A stretch of DNA of 64,000 bases from Perna viridis. Taxonomy: Eukaryota. Under the pieces are notes generated by a model, which ran no database searches, was not told the origin of the DNA, and saw only the letters and a program-made list of their open reading frames with translations. The stretch lies in assembly GCA_037379345.1 (NCBI GenBank), contig CM074522.1, positions 14,074,001-14,138,000 of the forward strand, given 5' to 3'. Of the stretch, positions 41,401 to 52,529 are shown piece by piece (position 1 is the stretch's first letter; every line of letters starts with the position of its first letter). The position numbers and the translations under genes are program-made.

Positions 41401-43298
41401 CTTCAATCTCTTTTACTACAAAATGTATGTCCAGACAAAATCTCTCATAATATAACCACAAATGAAAATCTTACGATGTGAGTGTTTTGTCAACTAATTG
41501 TCCAGTCAGAAAAAAGACTGACCTTTAACCCTCCAGAAAATTACCTTTTTCAAGCCCAAATGGCAAATAGTAGTTCATTAACTGACACAAAGTCAGTAAA
41601 TGAACTACTATGAAAACTTCTTTGAAGAAATTGGAAATGGTTCAAATGACCACCAGCCAATATAATGAAGTTCATTTTAAACAACTCAACTTTGATTAAA
41701 TCATAATGGAACACTTGTGAATTTTTAAACTGAATTTCTCTATTTCATTCTAATCTTGATTACCTGTTGACATTTCAACCATGTCAAGTAATATCCACAT
41801 TATGGCATACAAAGGGGGATAACTCAGTTTAATAAATCAAAATTCTGTGAAATTAAAATGATATACTATACATGTAGAAAAACAACATATTTAAATTTGG
41901 TACTGCATAATTTTAATTGTAATACATGTAATTAACCTTAATTCATCATATTATGAATCAGATGTATAGTGTTTATCTTTTAGACATACATGTAGCATTA
42001 GTAATTTACTCATTAAGTACATGTACAATTAGTTTACAATAAGCAAGGTTTAAAATCATTAAAAGCAATTATGCATACTCATTCACTTTTTTAGAAAACA
42101 TGAAATATCCTACTGTTCCTGCACATGTACATGTAGAAACTTGAAACTGAGTTAAGATTAATTGACCTAAACCTTGAGGAAATTTACTTAAAATAAATGT
42201 TCATTTTTTTTTTTTCAAATTACTTAAAACGATGACTTTAAAATCTTACTGCAAGTACAAGTACATAAATAGATATTCACTGGCATTCCTTTATACAGGT
42301 AAATTCCTCTGTTCTACATAACATGTAATTGACTGAACTGATCAATATAGTTACCAATTTGTTACTAGGATAATATACATTCCCTGGTTGTTAATTTGTA
42401 CTCTAAGAATAATTTTATCCCTTTTCAAAACAGTGTTGTAAACAGACCCCAGTCTGTGTGGACATATGGGATTACAGTAATTCACTATGATGTAACATTT
42501 GGTCAACATCTTATCTGTTCAATGGACAAATTAAAAACTTTTTATTGATCAGTGATAACAAAGGTTATGTCATAAAGAGTACCAGGTCATAAACAGGTGT
42601 CTATTCACACCTTGAAACAAGTATAATGTAGAGTTAATTTAACATGTTCCTTAAATGGCAATAAACACTTGAAGTCCTGTAAAGTACTTCACAAGTTAGT
42701 CACCTACATGTACATTGTAGCTTCATGTAGAATGTAAACAAAAATCTTATCCATAATTACTATGTGGGAATTCTACTGAACATGTATAAATGTCCAATCC
42801 TGTTACACAACAGTTTATAGATCTATGTGCATGTAATTACAAAATATACATAACGACACAGTTTTTGTCAAATAATTAATAACATATACATACATGTATG
42901 TAGATACTTTAATTACAACTAGTCTTAAGTTTCAGCAGGATACAATGAATTTGTATTATTTATAACATTTGGTCAGACATTAAAATCCATCTAAATGTAA
43001 GCAACATAACAGGCTGCATCTAATGCATTCAATCACAACTTAGACTATACTAGAAGTTATGTTTAAGTTAGAAGTTGAAGGAGTTCCATGTATATTGCTA
43101 TTGAACATGTACATTGCATGTCATCATCAGGGGCTGCAATTAATAAAAGAGAATAAATGGAATTTAAACAACCATTTTAAACGTATGCAATGCATATAAT
43201 GATATTTATCATAATTTGATGCAAGTCAAGTCATGAAGGATTACTATAAAAAAAAAACGGTTATTCGTAAAGGAAAGGAATGAATGTATATTTCCTAC

Positions 43299-43439
43299 CT
43301 GTCTTGCCTTTTTAAATTTTATGAAAGACTCTTGAAGATTTGACTTGCATCCGTCTCCAAAGTCAATGGTAAATGCTTCTTTCTTTTTCTTTGTCACATG
43401 TGCGTTCTGTTTGTTAGTATCAATGACATTGTCTGCCAT
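43299..43439 (-). CDS. NlpC/P60-domain protein, coding exon 1 (MADNVIDTNKQNAHVTKKKKEAFTIDFGDGCKSNLQESFIKFKKARQ)
   Basis: ATG at 43439 next to a CpG-rich promoter; 141 nt (47 codons); donor CAG|GTAGGA, phase 0, matching the phase-0 acceptor of exon 2 across a 20.6 kb intron. Confidence 0.75.
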
Positions 43440-43700
43440 TTTATGTCAGGAATGTCTTTGTTGATGTATTTTCGAAACGCTTACACGGGTCTCGGGTGTG
43501 ACGGTGTTTTACCTTCAAAGTTTACGTCACTGTTTTTATTAATGAAACCTCGTGTTTCATCATTGTTTCATACCAGCGCCTTGACGATTTCAAAACACAC
43601 ACCTGTTATGGCGGAAGTTACCGGTGCGACGGTTGGTTACAGTCAACTGACTAGGCCAATCAAAATGTTTGTTGCAAAAATTATTTGCGCGACATTCAAT
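43440..43700 (-). promoter_or_regulatory. CpG-rich promoter/5' UTR of the NlpC/P60 gene with YY1-like, ETS and X-box-like motifs
   Basis: Abrupt rise in CpG upstream of the ATG; ATGGCG (43608-43613) overlaps CGGAAGT (43612-43618); GTTACCGGTGCGAC (43617-43630) is an imperfect RFX X-box. Confidence 0.5.
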
Positions 43701-43844
43701 TGAGGGGTTCCTTATGGGATATTTTTACGATTTTTATTAAATGAAATCGATGGTTTTCTATCACTTGCAAAATACATGTCTTTCTTGTTGAGGTGGCTCC
43801 ATCATTTAAGAAACCAGGGGTATTTCGCCCTAACATTACTCCCT

Positions 43845-43970
43845 TTAGAGTTGGCCGAGTGGTGTGGGGCGCTGGACTTAGTGCAGGCGGTGTTGCCATA
43901 GATGCCACAGCGGTACGAGTTCGAGTCCCGCGGAGGGAACGACAAACATTTGCTTCGCAAATTTGACAGT
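43845..43970 (+). mobile_element. tRNA-derived SINE head (Pol III A and B boxes)
   Basis: A box TGGCCGAGTGG (43852-43862) and B box GTTCGAGTCC (43919-43928); acceptor and T stems do not pair, so not a functional tRNA. Confidence 0.65.
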
Positions 43971-46900
43971 TATATGCAAGCTTTCTCAAACGCCTTCGTT
44001 GTTATTTGGTAAGCACACTTTTAAAGGTTAATGGGTAAAGTAAATATATCCTACAACTTGCATTTGTAAAATTAAATTGGGGCCCATTTTTTGCCTAAAA
44101 TGCCCTAAAAATGAACACATAAATTAATATTAATAAAAATCACCGATTTTTATTTTTTCTTAAAAACTAATATGTTTTATAGACACTAAATTGAAACATT
44201 TGGAAGAGAAAAAAATATGAGGTCACTGGGCTATTAAAAGATACATAGAACATTATCAGACTCCAATTTTTTTTCCAAATCTTAATATTTGGTCTTTAAA
44301 AAAAGATCAATGGATTGGGATTAAATAAGGTTATTTTATTTGCATTTTAATACTAAGTGGCAATCAAAAATATAGTTTGGCAAACAAAAAACAAAAACAA
44401 AACAAAAAAAAAATATAGCCATATTTGTGATAGTTGACAATTTTCTTGTAATGGAGTTATCTCCGCTCTTTATGCTTTTTATTGAACTTTAGAATTAATA
44501 TCTATATTGAAAAAAAAGTTGTTTACAATGCGTCACTTCACATGAAGTAGTTTTCAGAATATTGATGTTCCACTAAATAAGGGATCCGCCTTAAAATATC
44601 AACTCTCTATAATTTGATTTATCCTTCCGTTTATATCATAAAGTGGGTGGTCCACCCATCCCCGATTCTTCTACTTTTAATACACCTAGATTCTTCTTGC
44701 AGTTATACAAGCTCATGAATTTATTTGAGGCTTATAAATGCTAAATTCTAAAATCATTTAACACCTCTATGTAAGTTTTAGTAAGTATTAAAAGTAGAAA
44801 TTCTTGATGTTGAATAAGCATCAGTGCATGAGCAAGCATCGTTTTCTTCTGAAAATATTATTAACGTAGATGATCCGCGTTCAAAACAGGGACTTTATAT
44901 AAAATACAAGTATAATTATATTTCCGTCGACAAACTCACATAAAAGTACAGGGACCCGGAACAATTTTTTTTCTCACTATTACTTGGCAAATTTTTTTTA
45001 AATTTAAGTCAATCCTTAGTTCAAAACGGAGACCGTCTGATGCGAACGAAATTTACATAAGAGGTAGCAATACATATAGATCTGGCCACTAATACCTCTA
45101 CATATGGAAAAGGAAACCACGCGTTTTTCCCAATTTGTATTATTTCATCCAAGGATGTAGATTATATGGAATATGGTATTGAATCTTTATGAGTCACTTT
45201 TACTAAAACATCAATCATTTTTACAAATTACCTTCGTTTTTGAACAGAACAGCAAAAAGTCACACATAGCTATAGACATCTATGTAATCAATATGCTCAT
45301 CGACAAATTTAGATACTGTTTTTTATACTTTGATAATTCGAGCTCACCATTTATTTAGAAACTACTAGCAACAACAAATTCTTGACAGTAGTCAAGGCGA
45401 TACTTTTGAAAATATTGGTATCTTATCACTGGTACTTGAGATAGAATTAAAACCAGTCGACTCCTATACACCAGAAAACTTCATATGAATAGCATAAGGG
45501 CAATATTTGCTTTTACAACATATGATTTCGTTTTTTTTTATATTTTTTTACAAAAATATATAAAAAATCCCGACCCAAAGTACCTGTGTATTCTAATCAC
45601 CGTCCTTCTTCCACTGCCTATCAAAATGCAGTTTTCGAGAAAACATAAAGGTAGACACTCAAAATGAGTTAACAACGGGTTTTAATTAGTATATTCATTT
45701 GCATTATGTTGTTTTCAATCCAATCTAAGGATTTTTTTTTAAAAATTATATTCGTTTTGATATATTTAGTCTTAGCAAACCACGAAAACCGTCGACTTAA
45801 TTTAAGATATTTATAAGTGTTCGTGTAGTTATTTTTGACATCCCGCCATTTTTTCTCCAAGTTAACCATGATAATAAATGAGTTGAAAATTATATCAAAT
45901 GAAACTATACTGATCTAGGGCTATACAAAAATGCAGCCTACTCGACTGTCTTACCGAGAGCGTGGGCATATTTACAAAGAAACTACACCCAAACCTGTTC
46001 TTGATTGATATACTTTTTAAAGCAACTAAATTTTTCAGTTTCTATAATCTCAGTCATCTGTAAATGAACTGAAAATATCATAAAAATCTTTTCGCTTCCA
46101 GCTGTGATTTTGTCGTCAGTGACGATGCATACAACTGCATACGTACTGCATATATTAAACACTATAGTGGAATTACTTCCGTTTTGCTTTTCCATATTTT
46201 ATTTTTCAAGGTTTTAAAGGAAGCTTGCCAGACAACCTCTAGCATTGCTGGAGTAGGTTTAAGGTTAAAATAATAAACAAAAACATTAAAGATAGTAGCC
46301 ATCCGGCAAAGCGCATTATTTAAGATACTAAAATCAAAACCTGACATCAAATAACACATCAATCTAACTGTTCTATAGCATTTCCAATTTCTTAAACAGT
46401 AAGAGAAAAAAGAATTTGTATCATTTCAGAAAACCTACAAAATGACAAAAGTTTTATGAGAAAACTGACCTATTTCATTCCTACTGGAAAACACGAATAC
46501 CAAAGGTCTACAGTGTTTAATAAAATGTTTTGAAAAACAAGAAAGTTACACCGATACATTCATCTTCAGACATGTACATGAATCATAATAATTTATTTCT
46601 ATCTCCATCACGTGTACATGCACTTGGAATCGTTACACAATTTTAGTTACCGATACACAAATAAGGAACCGGGACGTGCGCGTATGCATGGCAAATCAAC
46701 CCATGATCATGAGCTTGTATATATTCAAAATATAAAAAATCGCCAAGAAGTTATGGTGAAATAAAATGACAAGAAAAAGAGATCCAGTAAATGTCGTTTT
46801 CAAGATTCATTTTCTCCATACAAATATCGATGTACATGATGCATACTATTTGGAAATAAGCATGCATAATTTGCCTTAGTTCAAATTCCTTCAAGAATTA

Positions 46901-48889
46901 AAATATTTGCAATTTGTAATAATTAAAGTATCCAATAAAAAGAAAACATTAAAATATAAGTCTGCGTAATGAAAAAAAAAATCACCAAATATTTGAAAAA
47001 AGTAAGGTTCGTCATATACTGTCACGCAGTTTACATACTATCATACAGTTTAAAGAAAACATTTCATAGCAATTAGTTCGCACATATAACAGAAATAAGA
47101 AAACCATGCATGCATGGCTGGAATATATAAAGGGCAAAAACCCAACTTCCTTTATCAAGCGCCCCCATCCCCCCAAGAAAAAATGCAATCTATTTTTTTG
47201 TGGTCAAAAACGTTTATAAATCATGCAATGGGAAAAAAACTTTCCAGCATAATATCTCATTCGGCATATTATAATAATCATAACTTGTCAACACATTACG
47301 ATGTATTTATAGTGAATACAATGAAATGTACGCAAGGTATTAAGACAATACTAGAATACAAGTCAACCATAAAATATTCCACTGAACTGAAAGCAACTTT
47401 AATGTAGCAGTTTCAGTAGGAGAAAACACATCAAATTCACTTTTATTATTAATTCAGGAAGTTACAGACCGCATTACAAGTCTTATTTTTTTCATTCGGC
47501 TGTTGCGCTTATGAGATAAAAATAATAGTAAATTGTACATGAAATTATTTAAACTTCTGCGATTTACGGTGTATGAATTTCATAAGAATATTTTGTTACT
47601 GAGAATGTTGACTCCATTCCTTGTAGAAGGAGTAAGTATGTACGGAGATGTAACACCAGAGACTATCAGTGAAAGAAGAACAAAAACCCTTCGAATTTTA
47701 CATCGGACTCATGTTTTCAAAAATGCTTCTCTCAATCATTCTCATCTATTTCGTATATTGCTTTAAAATTGAAGAAAGTTGTAATATAGCACAATGGCAT
47801 ATTAAGGACAAACCAGGTAAGGTTACAGTAGATGGTATGAACACACACGTGTATTACCATTACATAAAATTTGCGAACCTTTTTAAATGGTTATATAGTT
47901 GAGCAGCACGTGTTCTAGATTTCTGCTGGCAGTACAATGTTCCTGAAATTTGTTACACGTATTACCTATAGTACTAGGGAAATGAAATGCAAAATCATAA
48001 AGCGTTCAAGAGGATGAATAGGACATTAGAAATTTTCCAAAATAAATGGTGCAGCAATCAATTTTTAGCATATAATCGACGAAGCATTACGTATAAAAAT
48101 TGTCTGAATAATGTCATGTAACAGCATGATATGTAAACTAGACCAGATAATCAATACCACTGGCTGGCGAAACTCAGCGGAACGAATGATGAGCATCATT
48201 GAGTTTCAATAATTAGCATGAAAATTTGGGAAATAGGCTGTAGGCTTAGACATAGAAGGATAATAGCAACACATAAAGTATACTGACACTATTATTCTAG
48301 CGCTAAATGTTTAAATCCAAAATTTATCGTTTTTTTTTTTTTAAACAACTTAAGTTTGCCAATCCTGTCAGTTGGCTATGTAAATGAATGGTTTTGGTAT
48401 TCTGAAAAGCGAACGTCGAGAAACAAATGAACAAAAAGTGCATGTTTTAACTACTCCCTTTTGCACTAATTCTACAAGGAAAAAGTTGTTTCGAGACTCA
48501 CAATTTAGTGAGAATTCGGAATTTGACCTGGGTACATGTCTATAACAAAACAGGTATAATAAACGAAGCTAATGTAGCATCTTTGTAGAAAACCAACTTA
48601 AGGGCGAGTAAAAACACAGCTTATTCATAAACGGAGAGAAAAAACAAATGGAGAAAAACGTAATATATAAACCTAGAGATAATCCATGTGAATAGGCTTC
48701 ACGAGGGGAGATAGAAATTGAGGCAACAATATTTAGAAGCATGCAAGTATTCGTTCAGCCAAGTGTTACCAGTTATGGAAATGTGAATTGTCAAGCCTTC
48801 ATACCATCCTGAAACATTTTCCACTACCCCGACAACTTAGTAGAATTACGTAATACTTCGTATCTGCAAGTTGTGCTATATGGACTTAC

Positions 48890-49194
48890 CATGTCTTTCA
48901 CGGGCTAAATCTTCTTGGAACACACCCTGACAAGGCAGTTTTTCTGTTCTTCTATCCATGATTTGCCAGCAGTAAGTCATCTAGGATACAAGTTCTTTCG
49001 TTTAATCCTTCATCTTCATTTGGGACTTCAATGTGTCATCTTTTTAGGTTGTCTGCATGTTTTGGCACCTCCCTTTAGATCAATTGATGAGCTCAAACGT
49101 TCTCGTCTTCACACTCCATTTTCTCTGGTCGGCCTTGACTCAGTCTGTTTCGATTTCATCGATCGTTCAGGCTGACAACCTCTGTGTACCTTTT
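48890..49194 (-). other. 305-nt internal exon with stop codons in all three frames (lncRNA or UTR exon)
   Basis: Acceptor CTTCCTCCTTACTTTCCAG| and donor ATG|GTAAGT; purine-rich and GC-richer than its flanks. Confidence 0.55.
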
Positions 49195-49419
49195 CTGGAA
49201 AGTAAGGAGGAAGATTTTAGATTAATGTCATACAAACACAAGAACTTAATTGGTGCATGACATTGAATCTTAAAAGAAAATGAAATTAGATGCTTTGTTT
49301 CACGGTTAATTAAAGTAACTGACTGAAAAAACATGCTTCATGTAGGTCAACATTTCAAGTGACAATATAAAAGTAGGTCTTGTCAGTCGACTTACACTAC
49401 TTTAAAATATTTTTTTTTT

Positions 49420-49900
49420 AAATATTACCTTTTTTCGACACTAAACCGGAAATAAGGTCACTACATGACAATCAGTAATTTCAGCAACACCACTAGTTTG
49501 CAAAAAACGTCTGCACAGTTTTTGACCATTCTTCAATCAACAACAAAGACTTCTCCATTCTTGTAGTTGTAAGTCTTAGTTTACGAACAAACAGTCCCAG
49601 GAAAAAAACCCGAACCGTTCAGGTGTCTAACATGTGCTTAAATGATTTAGAATTCCTGCTCATGCTCGTCCCTTCACGCGTTTCTGCACACCCGATGTAC
49701 TCGATCCGCGGAACAACTGTTACACTTTTTTGTACCAAACAGGTTCGGCAAGAAAAGTAGGAAATTTACAAAGAAAACTAGCAATCAATACGTTTTCTCT
49801 TTCTGAAGAGTAATTGGCATCAATTATTGATAGAGAAAATTCACGCGAGATTTCTCGCGCGTAACGGTCCGTGACGTCTGCTGATACCTTCATTTTTTTT
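49420..49900. promoter_or_regulatory. CpG-dense promoter-like segment
   Basis: Palindrome CGCGAGATTTCTCGCG (about 49844-49859), CRE-like TGACGTC (about 49872), ETS-like CCGGAA (about 49446), and a minus-strand donor AAG|GTAATA at 49429. Confidence 0.4.
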
Positions 49901-51303
49901 CTATCAGAAAACTTTAATCGAAATATGTAAAGAGGAACATTAAATATTCTGTTTGTATTGAGTGTTCATGGTAGGTCATGTGAAACCAGTTACGATTCAT
50001 CCATTTTTATTGCTTTTCCCCATTACTACCCGGTATAGACTTAAAATTGTATAGAAATCTCTTAAGTGTGAAACCACAGTTTCGTGACGAATTTATTTGA
50101 TCAAAGTCTGTTGCATTAAACCCAAAAAGCTTTACGAAATTAACAAAGTGCATATTTAAAAGTTGCATGGGAACTTAATGTGAAGGCGGAATTGCTTTAC
50201 ACGTCACGGACTGCTTCATTGGTTGCTATGCAGATAATTTTGTATTGAGTTTAATTGCATGGAGACCAAAAGTCATCAAAGACAAAATACGATGGAGTTA
50301 ATCTTTCATACATCTGATAATCTTTATGTAAAAAAAGTCTACACTCAGGCTAGTTTTATGGAAGGAAACCGAATAGATAAAATTTCTAATTTGAGAAATC
50401 CCCCCAAGTGATAAGTTCGTCTATATGACCGATATTGACCTTTGGGGGATCAATGTCCGGTTGACGGCCTGGTAATTGAAAAATAAGCATAACAGCCGCT
50501 GAAGTGTTGTCATGGTAAGCAGACAATTTCCAAGGATGTAGGTAAGCGTTCCGCAAAGCAAAATGTTAAACTAAACGCAACACTAGGTATAGAGCGGAGG
50601 CGAAAACCACATTACCAGTCGTCACCTAACCGTGCTATAACAACCTTATTTTTTTCGTTTCATTTTCAATTTTATTAAGTATTTTTAACATAGAGTTAGA
50701 ACAGCAAATCATCACCAAGCGTTTTCATTTCGGAATTAGTTTTCTTCAAAATTGGTCAAATCGATGTTAGGAATTAGAGATGAAGCTTTAAATGGAAGAA
50801 TTAAAGTAATGAGATTTCAAAGTAAGGAAATCCTAAAGTCACTGTGTCATGCATAAACATTACAGTTTTATCCCACTTAAGTAAAAATATCAAGGACTGA
50901 AGTCTTCGAAGTCACTAATCGTCAAATATTCTCTGTCATTTATTTTGGCTTATTTTCGACATCCGAGATACGATTGCGTACTCTTTCGTAACCGTGATGA
51001 CACGAATGTTTTCAATTACCCGGAACAAGATAAAACAACTGACGATGTCTATATTTAGATATCGGGTCCTGATAATATTTATGACCTATGTAGGCAATTG
51101 CAACGAGCCCGTGCATTTTAATCGGAAACTGGGTAATATTACACAAATCAATGCTAACCCATCATTTCATCTTTTAATGTAAACCTCCCGTTTTCATACA
51201 AGTCTAAAACCCATGCATGGACATGTGTATGATATTTTTTAAAAGAGGTACATTGTAGCGATCTTTGTGTTGCTTATGATATTAACCAGGGAACCGGATA
51301 AGA

Positions 51304-51820
51304 TTTGTTTGTTTGTTTATTGGAGTTTAACGCCCGAGCAGGGATATTTCAGCTATATTCAGGCAATGAACATGAAATGGATGATAAAATGAACATGAAA
51401 TTATGATGAAATGAAAAATGGGATGGGACACAAGGATAATGGGGTCGACAAATTTTGATTGCCACTGGAAATAGGGAGAGGTGGGTAGGGTCGGTCAATT
51501 TAGCATCCTTTGGCGGAGCCCTATGGTTCCTACTCCAGCGGGAGAATACCACAGTAGGGTTTTTTTAACGTGCGAGGAACGTGGCATCTTTCTCAACACG
51601 GTGCAACACTATGGTTTGCGGTCAGGCTTTCCGTATTATAGCCATGCAACCCCAGCATGTAACACACCAGGGATACACCATTCCACCACCTGGGGCACAC
51701 AACCCAGTTGCTCTGTGGGCAGAGTGCCCTAGCCCCCGGCTAGGGTTCTGAGCACTATTAGTCGCCTTTTACGACAAGCTTAGCGCTGCTGCAGGCCTAT
51801 TCTCTAGATACCGGACCTGA
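51304..51820 (-). mobile_element. GC-rich SINE-like non-autonomous retroposon with a (CAAA)n tail
   Basis: Minus strand starts TAGAGAATAGGCC...GCTTGTCGTAAAAGGCGACTAA (recalled as an RTE-type 5' motif) and ends AATATAGCTGAAATATC...GGCGTTAAACTCCAATAAACAAACAAAC; far more GC-rich than its flanks. Confidence 0.7.
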
Positions 51821-52529
51821 CCAGATAATCAGATAAGAAACCAGATTAAACAACTGGCAATGAATATTCATAGATATCGGGGCCGTGCTAATGTAAATGA
51901 CCTACATGGTCGTGTAACGAACCCCTGTGCCTGATTCGGAAACAGGGTAATGTTCAATGCTAACCGATCATTTCATGTAAACTTCCCGTTAATTCTCATA
52001 CAAGCACACGTATAACACACTTGTATTATATTTAAGAGGTACATTTTTATCTCGTATGAAGCTAGAACTATGACGCTATGGCGGTAAACACGGTACAGAT
52101 CTGCAGCATTACGTGGAGTATTAATATTAATTATGCAAATCATATGCGATTATAAAGTACTGAAATTACGAATACAAGAAGTCGCTAACAATACTAGCGA
52201 CTTAAAAAGACGGGAATTCCAAGATATTTCTCTTTTTGGTTGGGTCTTTGTTTGTGTAAAAAAAATTATTTGGTCAAGGAAGGTTAAGAGTTGATAATTT
52301 GATGTTTTTGAATTATTGTTATTTCTTAAATATCTAATTTAGTCCTATATATTAGAACATCTAAATCCCTGTAGTTGTGACTCTTCAAACGCACTATGTA
52401 ATCTACCGAATTAAATGTTATTCACTGAACAAATCAGGAAAAATAAGTGATTTACAACAATCTAACACAACCTTAGAAACCGGATGAACTACTACCTGAC
52501 ATCCATTATACCTAGTCAGGGCACCACTA

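Noticed and set aside
14880-43439. Bacterial contamination as the source of the NlpC/P60 domain
   Set aside because: The domain is split by canonical spliceosomal introns filled with host repeats.
43845-43940. Functional tRNA gene
   Set aside because: A and B boxes are present, but the acceptor and T stems do not pair and the spacing is too long; it fits a SINE head.
43398-43989. ORFs 43398-43703 (+) and 43696-43989 (-)
   Set aside because: They overlap the promoter, exon 1 and the SINE; higher GC lengthens chance ORFs; no recognisable motifs.
48890-49194. Selenoprotein P call
   Set aside because: No UxxC thioredoxin-like domain, no in-frame upstream coding exon (the 158-aa ORF ends TGA TAA), and no convincing SECIS found by eye.
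51560-51600. HDV-like ribozyme (minus-strand CGT-TCCTCGC-ACG resembles P3/L3)
   Set aside because: The following sequence lacks the P1 3' strand and the GG needed for P1.1.
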